From a virus: a stretch of DNA of 64,000 nucleotides. The stretch's first letter is position 1. Each line of letters starts with the position of its first letter. Shown one piece after another: positions 1 through 9,821 of this stretch. The notes beneath the pieces were generated by a model, which saw nothing but the letters and a program-made list of their open reading frames with translations, did not search any database and was not told the DNA's origin. The position numbers were made by a program, and so were the translations under genes. The DNA lies in IMG/VR virus record IMGVR_UViG_3300009177_000720. One strand, written 5' to 3'.

Positions 1-124
1 TCAAGTCTGGAGATAACGTAAAAGAAGCCACGTCAATACACTCATCTGGCTCTAAAGCTACAAGCTTATTACGGCCGGTAACTTCAGGAATATCCGAATG
101 AATTTCATACCCCGGCAGCGCCAT
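1..124 (-). CDS. hypothetical protein, N-terminal part (runs off the window edge)
   Basis: Hand-translated open frame MALPGYEIHSDIPEVTGRNKLVALEPDECIDV... from ATG at 124; same orientation as neighbours. Confidence 0.5.
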   Translation of the reverse strand, partial: MALPGYEIHSDIPEVTGRNKLVALEPDECIDVASFTLSPDL

Positions 125-162
125 TTGATGCTGCCGGTTTTTGGTAAGAAGAATATAAATTT

Positions 163-423
163 TCATTGTTCAGTAGCAGTAATAACAGGCACCACAGTGT
201 AACCGTTAGCCTGAAGTAGCGCAACCGCTACTTCATTCGCCTCAACCGTAGCTATACCAATAGATTGTTGTCTATCAGTAATGACAAGCTGATCGGTAGG
301 GTCCATACTATTAGCTAATACCTGAAGAGTGGCGAACAAATGATCTTCCCAGTATTGGTCAGCTTCATCTGTAGTTACTACGTGGTCAGGTGGATCAAAT
401 TTATAAACTTGATAGGCAGGCAT
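163..423 (-). CDS. hypothetical protein
   Basis: ORF; likely start MPAYQVY at 423 overlapping the upstream stop (TGATG). Confidence 0.6.
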   Translation of the reverse strand: MPAYQVYKFDPPDHVVTTDEADQYWEDHLFATLQVLANSMDPTDQLVITDRQQSIGIATVEANEVAVALLQANGYTVVPVITATEQ

Positions 424-1394
424 CAGAAATTCCCTGGGGCAACTTGAAAACAGGTAAGACCTTTGGAGCGCCAAAAGTCTACCACTTGATTCCTATCATC
501 CAAAACTAGGAATACATTATAGTATGGTACAATATGAGTATGGTAAATTTCTTCCTTTACCACCGAGTCTTTACGCATATCGCCCGACTTACGCATATGT
601 AATTGATAATGAAATCCCAAATGCTTCTTCAAGAAACGCTCGGTCTGTTCACGATAACAATCCTCTCGGCCTGAGCAGAAAACGATACTGTAGCCTTGCT
701 TATGTAGCGACTCTACAACGGCTGCTACTTGTTCGTTTAGTGTATCTTCATCAGACTTAGAGGCATCGTATGGGCTACGAGTATGAGCGTCATGATGGCG
801 CACATCCACAGACCCATCACTTCTCTTTGAGTTGAAAAGTGATAGAGTGCCGTCCAAATCACAGATGATAGCGAATGGTAATGTATTATTGACTTCGGGC
901 TTGGTTGCAGCTACTGATTGTTCAGTTTGGCGTTGAATGATTTCAACACGAGCCTTGTAGTGCTTGTGTTGTGCTCCTCCAGCCTTTTTCCAGAACTTAC
1001 GAACCACATCCTCACCAACACAACCACTGCCCACCCTTGCCGCATCTCTAGCGATAGCCTCATCCAATTCGATGTAGAATGGCTTCTCCATGACCATACA
1101 GTCAAGGTTCATCTCTCGAACGAGCTTGCAGATATCATCAAAATTACGACGGTTCAAGTTGGTTTCATCAATGACGATGTCACGACCATAACGCAAAGCC
1201 TCACGAATCATGTAGGTTTTGGCAGAGGTCACCAGTTTCTCGTTACTATCAGAGAAATGGTAATTGCTCATCATATTGCGCAGATCGTCCCTGTTGATTC
1301 GGGTCACCTTCTCTGGGTTTTTCTTGACCTCTTCCTTTGCCCACGTGGACTTGCCACTAGCCGGAATACCAACAGTTAGAGTAATCTTTAACAT
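423..1394 (-). CDS. pseT: polynucleotide 5'-kinase/3'-phosphatase (T4 PseT-like)
   Basis: N-terminal P-loop GIPASGKST + RDDLR; C-terminal HAD DLDGTL, SGR, DDR motifs. Confidence 0.9.
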   Translation of the reverse strand: MLKITLTVGIPASGKSTWAKEEVKKNPEKVTRINRDDLRNMMSNYHFSDSNEKLVTSAKTYMIREALRYGRDIVIDETNLNRRNFDDICKLVREMNLDCMVMEKPFYIELDEAIARDAARVGSGCVGEDVVRKFWKKAGGAQHKHYKARVEIIQRQTEQSVAATKPEVNNTLPFAIICDLDGTLSLFNSKRSDGSVDVRHHDAHTRSPYDASKSDEDTLNEQVAAVVESLHKQGYSIVFCSGREDCYREQTERFLKKHLGFHYQLHMRKSGDMRKDSVVKEEIYHTHIVPYYNVFLVLDDRNQVVDFWRSKGLTCFQVAPGNF

Positions 1395-1403
1395 AACTTC
1401 ACC

Positions 1404-2414
1404 TTAAATAAACAAACGGAAACATGTCATTGAGAGATAAGCTATAAGAGCGGTTGCTGGTAATGTCAAGACCCATGCCGTCAGAATGTTCCCGGCTACG
1501 CCCCAACGTACAGCAGACACCCTCTTACTCATACCTGCACCCATAATACTACTATTAATAGCATGAGTGGTAGAAATAGGGATAGCAAACTTACTTGCTA
1601 ACAAAATAGTAAAAGCTCCACTGATCTCGGCAGCAAATCCTTGTAATGGAGTAATTTTGATAATCTTGCAACCCATAGTTTTGATAATCTTCTTTCCTCC
1701 GGCTAATGTTCCTAGAGCCATCATTAAGGCACATAGAATTATAACCCAGTAAGGAACTTGTCCAGCTTTCGCGGGCAACATGTAGGCTGGCACAGCAGAT
1801 CCAAAGGCCAACAAGGCTAGCGTAATGATTCCCATAGATTTTTGAGAGTCATTGGACCCGTGAGACACCGCCATAATACAAGAAGATACTAGCTGCATCT
1901 TTCTAGATATACTAGAAACAAATTGTGGTTTTGCTTTCTTGAAAATCCACATAAAAACAATCATTACAAAGAATGCAAGAGCAAAACCAACCAATGGGGA
2001 GATAACCAAAGGAATTAGAAACTTTTGTGTTAAGGCGCCCCATTTAAAGGCATGAATACCAGCATTAGCCACAACTCCGCCCGCTAATCCACCGATGATG
2101 GCGTGAGAAGAGCTAGAGGGCAAACCTAAATACCATGTAATTAGGTTCCAGATGGAGGCTCCTAGTAATGCCGACAATATCACATATTGTGTGACATTGG
2201 TAGGATCGGCAAATCCAGTTGCAATAGTTTTAGCAACAGCAGTACTTGTAATCGCACCTATGAAATTAAAGATGGCCGCCAGAATAACCGCATTCCTTAG
2301 TGAAAGAACTCCAGTTGAAACAACTGTTGCAATTGCATTGGAGGCATCATGAAAACCATTAATGTAGTCAAAAATAAGTGCAAAAACAATTACACAAATA
2401 AGTAGACTAAGCAT
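1404..2414 (-). CDS. pit: inorganic phosphate transporter, PiT family
   Basis: GFHDASNAIAT and HGSNDSQKSMG signatures, PSSSSH, PISTTH; multiple TM helices. Confidence 0.95.
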   Translation of the reverse strand: MLSLLICVIVFALIFDYINGFHDASNAIATVVSTGVLSLRNAVILAAIFNFIGAITSTAVAKTIATGFADPTNVTQYVILSALLGASIWNLITWYLGLPSSSSHAIIGGLAGGVVANAGIHAFKWGALTQKFLIPLVISPLVGFALAFFVMIVFMWIFKKAKPQFVSSISRKMQLVSSCIMAVSHGSNDSQKSMGIITLALLAFGSAVPAYMLPAKAGQVPYWVIILCALMMALGTLAGGKKIIKTMGCKIIKITPLQGFAAEISGAFTILLASKFAIPISTTHAINSSIMGAGMSKRVSAVRWGVAGNILTAWVLTLPATALIAYLSMTCFRLFI

Positions 2415-3045
2415 GTTTCACTACCAAACTAATTAAGAACTGAGTAATATCCTCACAGCGATCGACTGCGTTCTCTAGCTTGTCGAGCACTTCCTTCTGA
2501 GAAACGAAAGCTTTGGCCGACGCTTCATTCTTGAATAGAGAAGAAATTTCTGATCGGTAGATACTATCGGCCTCTTTCTCTAAGACCTTGATAGCCCCCT
2601 TAACTACAAAGAACTGATTGAAGTCATGCTTGCGAAGCGCCGGAAGTGTATCACTTAACTGCTTGGTACAAGAGACTAGGATATTAAAGAGTTGGGTCAT
2701 AGCGGGGGTTGGGTGTTCAATACCGAACAACACACATGCCCTTGCTGCCTGATTGCAAAAGTCAATGACATCATCCAATTCAACTGAAAGCTTATGCAGG
2801 TCTTCACGGTCGATAGGAGTCACGAAGGTCTTGGCCAATTCTTCTTCCAAGGTAGTAACTAAGGTATCTCCCTGGTGTTCAAAGGACTGGACTGATGTTG
2901 CCACTTCCTGATTGTTTTGTGCAGGATCAGAGAAGGCCGCTAATGCTTTAGCCGTCTCGTACGTGAGACGACCTTGGTTTTCTAAGATGGCGAAAAACTT
3001 ATCTTCTTTGGGAAGAAGAAAATTAATAATGGATTGAAGTTTCAT
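2407..3045 (-). CDS. DUF47 / PhoU-like phosphate transport regulator
   Basis: EHQGD...TFVTPIDREDL...LDDVID, EKEAD motifs; adjacent to pit. Confidence 0.9.
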   Translation of the reverse strand: MKLQSIINFLLPKEDKFFAILENQGRLTYETAKALAAFSDPAQNNQEVATSVQSFEHQGDTLVTTLEEELAKTFVTPIDREDLHKLSVELDDVIDFCNQAARACVLFGIEHPTPAMTQLFNILVSCTKQLSDTLPALRKHDFNQFFVVKGAIKVLEKEADSIYRSEISSLFKNEASAKAFVSQKEVLDKLENAVDRCEDITQFLISLVVKHA

Positions 3046-3066
3046 TTCATATCTTTCTATAAGAGT

Positions 3067-4002
3067 TCATTTAAAAAAATCTGCTTGGTCGACATACTGA
3101 ATGCCTGCTCGGGCAGCCATAGTTTTGTCCGTTGTCATATCTCCAACGAAGATGCAATCTTTACGAGACAGCTTATACTTTAACATGAAATTCACAAAGA
3201 TGCCACACATTGGCTTCCTGCAATAGCAAGAAATTGGAGCGGACTGATGAGGGCAAAATTGATATTCAATATCCACTCCCAACAATTTATTAGTATGCTC
3301 GAAAAGCTCTACTGCCGTTTCATGGGCAAGTTCTCCCTTGTGAACACCACTTTGGTTCGAAATTCCTAGAAGGCGGTATCCCTTTGCCTTGTACGCCTCT
3401 AGCACTTTAGTACGACCAGCTTTGATCTCAATCTGTTCTTTGGAGACCGGGAACTTCTCATTGCCACCAATACACTCACGAAGGGTGCCATCATAATCTA
3501 CGAGCAAGGCTTTGTTGGTAAACTCAGGATTATCCTTACGGGTAAACTTGACCGTCTCAACCTTTGAGAAACCTTCCTCTACGGTTGGCTTTTCAAATTC
3601 CTTTTTGTATTTGAATAAAACCAAGGGCGGGAACACATTAGTATGCTTTGCCTTCTTGATAACTTCCGGAGAGGGAAATTCTCCTACCAACCCAATAGCT
3701 CGTTGAACTACATTGAATTGAGCGTCTTCAATGGAAGTTCCCATCAGTTGGCAGCTAATATCTGCGCTATGCTTCTTGGCAAGGTCAATAAAAGGACGGC
3801 GGGTTACCTTATTGACAAACAAGTTGTCTAAAACCACGTCTTTGCCTGATTGGAGCAAGGCTTCCATTTTGGGCAAGAGACCTGCGATAGTGCCGCCTTC
3901 TGTGTCGCGATTGAGCGCAATGGCACCCCTTTCAACCAAACTTTTGGTGAGGGTGCTCTTACCAGAGGCCGGATATCCAACTACCATTGTTACTTTTGAC
4001 AT
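3067..4002 (-). CDS. P-loop kinase fused to HAD-IIIA phosphatase (PNKP/GmhB-like)
   Basis: GYPASGKST; DYDGTL, SNQSG, CPH-x5-CYCRKP, VGD-x3-D. Confidence 0.85.
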   Translation of the reverse strand: MSKVTMVVGYPASGKSTLTKSLVERGAIALNRDTEGGTIAGLLPKMEALLQSGKDVVLDNLFVNKVTRRPFIDLAKKHSADISCQLMGTSIEDAQFNVVQRAIGLVGEFPSPEVIKKAKHTNVFPPLVLFKYKKEFEKPTVEEGFSKVETVKFTRKDNPEFTNKALLVDYDGTLRECIGGNEKFPVSKEQIEIKAGRTKVLEAYKAKGYRLLGISNQSGVHKGELAHETAVELFEHTNKLLGVDIEYQFCPHQSAPISCYCRKPMCGIFVNFMLKYKLSRKDCIFVGDMTTDKTMAARAGIQYVDQADFFK

Positions 4003-4289
4003 TGTTCTTTCTTCCACTTAGCGAGTTTCTTTTCGTACTTCTTCAATTCTTTTTCATAATTAGGATTATCAATGACCTCTTCCCATTCCAATTGAAGATA
4101 GGTGATACAGTCATCATACATCCATTCCTCTACTAGCTCCAACGTCACGTCTTTAGCGTTGGCTGGAGTGGTGTCTTTGACCCAGTCCAGAAAGGAACCC
4201 AAGGCAACTTTCTTGCTTACCCAATTGAAATCATAGGTAGCGCTGTTACGAACGGTAATTCTTTTCTGAGGTTTCTCTGGCTGGGTCAT
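3990..4289 (-). CDS. hypothetical protein
   Basis: ORF in operon context. Confidence 0.65.
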   Translation of the reverse strand: MTQPEKPQKRITVRNSATYDFNWVSKKVALGSFLDWVKDTTPANAKDVTLELVEEWMYDDCITYLQLEWEEVIDNPNYEKELKKYEKKLAKWKKEQCQK

Positions 4290-4298
4290 GACTTATCC

Positions 4299-5516
4299 TT
4301 ATGGCTTAGCGTTGACACCAAGGTCACGAGCCGCTCTCACAGTCCACATCTCCATAAGTTGCGCGGCATTGGTTCCACCACCGCCTCCACCTAACACAAC
4401 GTCAGGCGTAGGACGCTGAGCGCCTGCTGCGGCAGCCCATGCCTTTTGAACTTCCACATAAGCGTCCAATCTCTTCTGAAGGGCGTTGTCTGCTTGAATT
4501 GCCAATCTCTTAGCATCAGATTCGGCTTTAGCCTCTGTCATAGTCTTTTGTGCTTCAAGCTTTGCCGTTTCTAGGTCCAAAGCTGCAACTTCCTTGTTCT
4601 TTGAAGCTTGAAGGGTAGCAACGTCTTTTTCCTGTTGAGCCTTAGTGATTTCGGTAGCCTTGATAACTTCCTGCGCCCACTTGGCTTTGGCGGCCTCAGC
4701 CTCACCTTGCTTGGCTACCGTAAGGGCATCCTGCTCGGCCTTCTTGGCGTTGACCATGGCCTGCTGGACGGCCATAATGGCTTGCTGTTGCTGCTTGATT
4801 TGTTCTTCAACCTGAGCATCGTATTCGATGTTGTTGATAGTGATATTGCTAGCGTCCATTCCATACTTCTGGATGGGAGACTCCTCTTCACGCTCAATAC
4901 CGTTAGCAGCCTTGTCACCTGGCTTGGGTTGGACAAAATCAATCACCTTCTTCTGCCCAGTTACTGGATCAACGCTCTCGACTGGCTTGTGCTCGGTTCG
5001 ATAGACACCATTCACTACCTGGTCAGTAATGTACGTGATTAGGTCATTACGTCTCTCTGCGTATGACTCGCGGCTGCTCATCAAAGGACCGGTCATATAA
5101 ACGGACTTGTTGACAACCTGTCTGATCAGCTCATGGTCAATAGCATTCATTGAGCCGTAGGTGGAATGTAGCAAAATCATTTTCTTTTCGTCCAAAGGAA
5201 GGCTGTATCGAAGAGATCCAGAAACCTTACCATGACCACCATCATTGAATCTCACTTTGATAGACTCGTCGGTTGGCTTACCCTCATTGTTCTGAACGGA
5301 GAACCAATACTGGGCGCTCTTCTTGTAGCGGGTCACCTTACCAAAGTTTTGCCAGTGAACTCCAGGCGTATTCCACACCTGAAGCTGTCCGTCCAAGAAA
5401 TTCTGCTTCACAACAATTTCATCAGCAGCTACGGTAGTAACCGCATTGGCAATGAAAAACACAACCAACAGCAAGAGGATAACTCCTCCTACAATCTTCG
5501 CAATAAACTTATTCAT
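4299..5516 (-). CDS. SPFH/band-7 family membrane protein
   Basis: N-terminal TM helix, SPFH-like core, Ala/Glu/Lys-rich coiled coil. Confidence 0.75.
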   Translation of the reverse strand: MNKFIAKIVGGVILLLLVVFFIANAVTTVAADEIVVKQNFLDGQLQVWNTPGVHWQNFGKVTRYKKSAQYWFSVQNNEGKPTDESIKVRFNDGGHGKVSGSLRYSLPLDEKKMILLHSTYGSMNAIDHELIRQVVNKSVYMTGPLMSSRESYAERRNDLITYITDQVVNGVYRTEHKPVESVDPVTGQKKVIDFVQPKPGDKAANGIEREEESPIQKYGMDASNITINNIEYDAQVEEQIKQQQQAIMAVQQAMVNAKKAEQDALTVAKQGEAEAAKAKWAQEVIKATEITKAQQEKDVATLQASKNKEVAALDLETAKLEAQKTMTEAKAESDAKRLAIQADNALQKRLDAYVEVQKAWAAAAGAQRPTPDVVLGGGGGGTNAAQLMEMWTVRAARDLGVNAKP

Positions 5517-5768
5517 TTACAATCTCCTATGATCTTTCTCTGAATCATTCAATACGTCATCGTACAAATTTTCGTACACTTTAGAAGCTTCTTTATTTAG
5601 ACGGGCAGCCTCTGCTTCTAGACGAGCCTGCTCCAGCCTTTCTCTAGCTTCATCCAATGGATTGCGCTTAGGAGGATTTAACGATCTATATAGTTTGATA
5701 CATGGTATTCCAATAAAGAATACACCAATGATCAGTGCAACTGCTATCAATAAAACTTCAAATGCCAT
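5517..5768 (-). CDS. small membrane protein
   Basis: N-terminal hydrophobic helix plus coiled coil; adjacent to SPFH gene. Confidence 0.65.
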   Translation of the reverse strand: MAFEVLLIAVALIIGVFFIGIPCIKLYRSLNPPKRNPLDEARERLEQARLEAEAARLNKEASKVYENLYDDVLNDSEKDHRRL

Positions 5769-5770
5769 AA

Positions 5771-5998
5771 TTATTCCTCTTCGTCAGAAGGGGGCTCTTT
5801 GTATTTAACGGTAATACCTGAATCATCAATCATATCACGAAAATCAATTTCCCAATCTGTCGCCAATAGCTCTTCCAAAAGGAAGGGGACAGAATGAAGA
5901 AAGCTTTGATCAATCCAATCGAATTTTAGTCCACGCAAACCTGGTCGCGTTATTCTATATCCGCTCTTCAAGTAATGAGCGGCGGTATGTATATCCAT
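5771..5998 (-). CDS. DUF2829/Tad2-like protein
   Basis: A..LKSGYRITR at N-terminus and ELLATDWEI, resembling the DUF2829 ends. Confidence 0.5.
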   Translation of the reverse strand: MDIHTAAHYLKSGYRITRPGLRGLKFDWIDQSFLHSVPFLLEELLATDWEIDFRDMIDDSGITVKYKEPPSDEEE

Positions 5999-6004
5999 GA
6001 TGTT

Positions 6005-6334
6005 TCAGACACCGACCTTTTCAAGTAACATATTGTCAAGGGAAGCCATGGTGGTTAGCCCAACTTTAGCATCAACCTTCTCTCCCTTATGAAACAAGAA
6101 GATGGCAGGGACGCCTTTGATTCCAAACTTGGCTGTAATGCCCGGAGCCTCATCGACATCAACGGTAACAACCTTAACCCTATTCTTATTATCAGTGGCA
6201 AACTTTTCCATAATAGGAAGCTGTCTCTGACAAGGGCCACACCAGACTGCACTAAAGTCAACTAGTACTGGTAAGCTAGATTGAAGGACTTCTGATTCAA
6301 AATTATTATCATCTACATAAACTACGTCACTCAT
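6005..6334 (-). CDS. trxA: thioredoxin
   Basis: VLVDFSAVWCGPC, GIKGVP. Confidence 0.95.
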   Translation of the reverse strand: MSDVVYVDDNNFESEVLQSSLPVLVDFSAVWCGPCQRQLPIMEKFATDNKNRVKVVTVDVDEAPGITAKFGIKGVPAIFLFHKGEKVDAKVGLTTMASLDNMLLEKVGV

Positions 6335-6354
6335 GGCGCCTCACGATTGGTTAT

Positions 6355-6382
6355 AACATAAATTTTTCAAAATAAGTGTCAA
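6355..6382 (-). promoter_or_regulatory. sigma70-like promoter TTGACA-N16-TATGTT
   Basis: Intergenic, upstream of trxA. Confidence 0.6.
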
Positions 6383-6393
6383 GGGCGGGCGCG

Positions 6394-7506
6394 TCACTTC
6401 TTCATCGTAACATTATCGCTAATCTTAGTGAAGAGATCAAAAAACTCTTTACATGCATATAGTTTATGCTTGGCAATCATATCAAAATCGAAAGAGTTAT
6501 ATAGGCCCATTACTTGAACTTCATGATCCACTTGGTAGTGGATAAAGAACTTACATAAGTTCTCTAGATATACAAATCTATTCTTAGATTTCGAAGACTC
6601 CGAAAACACTTTTTGTTTAGCGTAGTAACATGCTGAAACTACAAAGATAACTTTCTCAGTTGGGGCTAAAGTATGAAAGTCAAGCGTCATACTTCCGCCA
6701 TCAATCAAAGAATGAACAAATGATTCGAACTTGCGATAATGTTCATACCAAATCTTGAATCGAAGCCCGGCCTCGAATCCCACAAACCCGGAAATGATTT
6801 GTGTGACGGTCTCTATATCAACAATCTTGAGGTCACGAGCCTTTATCAGAGCGTCAGACGCCAACGTCCAACCTCTTGGGGACGGACTGGCGTAACAACT
6901 ATCTTCTACTTTTCCACACGAAAATTCTGGATCACTTCGCAAAAATCCAAGTACTAAGTCATGAACCGAATTGGCCTTGGCCCAATCAACCCACTTTTCA
7001 AAATTAAAAGAAAGAATATATTTGGCACCTCTATCTAGAAGAGCACTACTAATTAGGTTGGAGTAAGCTCCTTCGCTAATTAGATTGCCGGTCAAGATGC
7101 AGCCGGCAACATTCAAAGGTATTCCATTAATAGTTTTGAATTGTAGAATTTCAAGTAGCGGGGCCGTCACTTCAGGAGGCGCCTTATCTACTTCATCGAA
7201 AAGAATTATGCTATCAGCTTTTGATGACTCTAGTAACTTGGGTAGAAAGGCTGGAGACTTAAAAGTTATTACGTCACCAGGAGCGTTCATATTGGGATAG
7301 CCAGCCAAATCAGGGCGCTCGATAACACTCAGGTTAATATAATTGACATTCAGCCCACACTCGGCTGCTGCTTGCAAAGCGATATGCGTCTTACCAACAC
7401 CACGTCTACCAAAGAGAAAAAGGTTCTGTTGGGACCTAATAAAAAATTTACTTAGGTGTAGTGCTTGTTCTTGATCAATTTCCTGTAAGTTTAGCGAATT
7501 ACTCAT
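6394..7506 (-). CDS. MoxR-like AAA+ ATPase (paralog 1)
   Basis: Walker A GRRGVGKT, Walker B ILFDEVDKA, PSPRGW. Confidence 0.85.
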   Translation of the reverse strand: MSNSLNLQEIDQEQALHLSKFFIRSQQNLFLFGRRGVGKTHIALQAAAECGLNVNYINLSVIERPDLAGYPNMNAPGDVITFKSPAFLPKLLESSKADSIILFDEVDKAPPEVTAPLLEILQFKTINGIPLNVAGCILTGNLISEGAYSNLISSALLDRGAKYILSFNFEKWVDWAKANSVHDLVLGFLRSDPEFSCGKVEDSCYASPSPRGWTLASDALIKARDLKIVDIETVTQIISGFVGFEAGLRFKIWYEHYRKFESFVHSLIDGGSMTLDFHTLAPTEKVIFVVSACYYAKQKVFSESSKSKNRFVYLENLCKFFIHYQVDHEVQVMGLYNSFDFDMIAKHKLYACKEFFDLFTKISDNVTMKK

Positions 7507-7542
7507 GCTTTCCTTCAATTACCACATGAGTATATAACATCT

Positions 7543-8544
7543 TTACAACATTGGTAAAAGTGCCTTATATTCCGGAAAGTGCTTAATAAATTCAACTAAA
7601 TTCTTTTCGTCCCTAGCCTGATCTCTCATTTGGACTAAGCGCTTCAGTATTTTTCGTTTATTGCTCTTTTCTACTTGAATTGCGTACGTCAAAAGAATAT
7701 GGCTCTCTGCTTTTTCTAAAAAGGCAGATTCAAACCCATCAACCTTCTCTGGATGATACTCCCAAAGATAATCATTCATCCTTTGAATGAGAACGGTACT
7801 TCTGATAAAGTTATTAATTAGGAAAGTTCCAAATAAATCTACACAATGAAATTTTCCATAATTTAATAGGTTATGAGTATGATCATTGTTAGGTAACATG
7901 ATCTCTGTCACAATCCCCATATAATGGGTGACATCTCCGTCATATTGCGTGATAATAATTGGAACTACTTCTTCTAACAGGGAAGGAAATTTCTCTCCAA
8001 TTTGTTGTAGATATCTTCGTAGGGTGACAAAGATTTTGCTGTGTAGAAGTTGCTCAACTAGAAAGCGATGGTCTTTGCCTATAATATCTAAAAACTTATT
8101 AATTACTTCAAGTTCATATTGATGAATACCCATCAATGAAATAAATAAGTTAATTGAATTAGTAATATCTTTTCCGCACTTAATTTCTTCTTCTAAGAAG
8201 ACAAGAAAATAACTCGGGTCTTTATCTTTGGCCAAAAAGGTTTCCAGAGCATCCGTCAGCTCTTCATCATTGATATTAAGAATGACTCTTAACAATTTTC
8301 TATATGAAGCGGCTTTAGTAGTATCACTTGGTTTAATGCGATGAAAAATCTCCTGAACCTTATCATAAAGGACAGTTAATACATATTGGCGTAGGTCAAT
8401 AAACTTTAAAAAGGTTCTCACGGTTTCCGTAAAGATAACTATATCATTTTCCGGAAAATCAGACCTCACTAATTCATTAATTATGAAATCTATTTTCTTA
8501 GTGAAATCAACCTCTAGCTGGGACCTTTCCCTATCATCTATCAT
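7543..8544 (-). CDS. hypothetical helical protein
   Basis: 333-aa ORF; carries the shared C-terminal motif. Confidence 0.7.
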   Translation of the reverse strand: MIDDRERSQLEVDFTKKIDFIINELVRSDFPENDIVIFTETVRTFLKFIDLRQYVLTVLYDKVQEIFHRIKPSDTTKAASYRKLLRVILNINDEELTDALETFLAKDKDPSYFLVFLEEEIKCGKDITNSINLFISLMGIHQYELEVINKFLDIIGKDHRFLVEQLLHSKIFVTLRRYLQQIGEKFPSLLEEVVPIIITQYDGDVTHYMGIVTEIMLPNNDHTHNLLNYGKFHCVDLFGTFLINNFIRSTVLIQRMNDYLWEYHPEKVDGFESAFLEKAESHILLTYAIQVEKSNKRKILKRLVQMRDQARDEKNLVEFIKHFPEYKALLPML

Positions 8545-8792
8545 ATAAAAATGGGTAACCCCATCATGCGCTCAATTTGCTCAGTAGAATACCAGGAGCC
8601 TTTCAATAGCCATCGCACCGTGATGCCGTCTAGCTCTTCATACTTTTCAACACCCAGGTGTTCCGCATACTTGAAAAGCAAGTCAACCAGCTCAGGTTTT
8701 TCGCAGAAAAAGAAGCCTGCATACGAAGGCATGCAGTGGCCCCGCTCTTTGACGTAATGGGTCAGATAAGCTGACGATGTTACTTCGGACAT
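8541..8792 (-). CDS. hypothetical protein
   Basis: ORF with 4-nt overlap; carries the shared C-terminal motif. Confidence 0.65.
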   Translation of the reverse strand: MSEVTSSAYLTHYVKERGHCMPSYAGFFFCEKPELVDLLFKYAEHLGVEKYEELDGITVRWLLKGSWYSTEQIERMMGLPIFI

Positions 8793-8793
8793 G

Positions 8794-9018
8794 TTAATTA
8801 TATAATGGTTTTTGTTCTTTGACTTCGTTCAAGTAATGAGGAATCCAGAAAGCAGATTCGAACACTTGGGCAACCGCCTCAGCTTGTTCATTGCCTTCTT
8901 CTTTTGCTTGCTTCAACACATCATTAATGTCCTGGTTAGCAGCTTCGATAGAAACTGCAATAGATACTAATTGCCACTTGCTCTTGGGGCGGCTTTTTAA
9001 ATAAATTCCATGGATCAT
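8794..9018 (-). CDS. hypothetical protein
   Basis: ORF with upstream SD. Confidence 0.6.
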   Translation of the reverse strand: MIHGIYLKSRPKSKWQLVSIAVSIEAANQDINDVLKQAKEEGNEQAEAVAQVFESAFWIPHYLNEVKEQKPLYN

Positions 9019-9030
9019 AATGTGTCCTTA

Positions 9031-9378
9031 TTAAACTGTAAAAGAATGTCCACATCCGCAAGAAGACTTTTCATTTGGATTGACAAATTTGAAACCATGA
9101 TTCATTAATGTCTTTTCCCAATCCAAAGTAGATCCATTTAAATAAATAATGGATTTACAATCTACTATAACACGAACACCCTCTATTTCAAAGAGTATAT
9201 CTTTTGCTTTAGGAGGATTATCCTCAAATTGCAGCACATAACTGAAGCCCGAACAACCGCCACCTTTGACACCTAATCTAAGATAAGACTCAGGCGTACC
9301 CCTCTTGGTAAGCTGCTTTTTTACTTCTTCGGCCGCAGTAGCCGAGACAAAAATTTGGTAATCTTTCTCGGCACTCAT
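9031..9378 (-). CDS. iscA: HesB/IscA family Fe-S cluster carrier
   Basis: GGGCSGFSY and CGCGHSF. Confidence 0.92.
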   Translation of the reverse strand: MSAEKDYQIFVSATAAEEVKKQLTKRGTPESYLRLGVKGGGCSGFSYVLQFEDNPPKAKDILFEIEGVRVIVDCKSIIYLNGSTLDWEKTLMNHGFKFVNPNEKSSCGCGHSFTV

Positions 9379-9427
9379 TTATCTTTATTCCACTTTATTA
9401 GCTAATTTATAAAGCGATTTCAGGCCG

Positions 9428-9817
9428 TTATTTACGTCGACTTGCTCTTTTAACTACAGCAGGTTCTTCTTCTACTTCGATTGGCTGTTCCAATGCATCA
9501 ATCCTCTTTTTAAGGATGGTGTCAGCACTAATTATTTGATCGGTTTTGATAGCCTCAATACGATCTACTAATCGCTTAACTACTTCATTAGAAAGATATT
9601 GAGCATTCTTTGTAATAAAATCTTCAATATCTTTAGCGTCATCCGATACAAGTTTGACTTGAGCAATCTTATCGATGCTATCAAACTTGGCCTGGCTTTC
9701 TTTTACCTGAAGCCTTCTTGCCCGAACCCAATCAGACAAGAAGACTTGGTAAACAACAACAGCTAAACCAACTACAAATAAGAATTCTATAATAGAACTA
9801 AACAAATAAGCAAACAT
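9428..9817 (-). CDS. hypothetical membrane-anchored protein
   Basis: N-terminal TM helix. Confidence 0.6.
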   Translation of the reverse strand: MFAYLFSSIIEFLFVVGLAVVVYQVFLSDWVRARRLQVKESQAKFDSIDKIAQVKLVSDDAKDIEDFITKNAQYLSNEVVKRLVDRIEAIKTDQIISADTILKKRIDALEQPIEVEEEPAVVKRASRRK

Positions 9818-9821
9818 TGAA

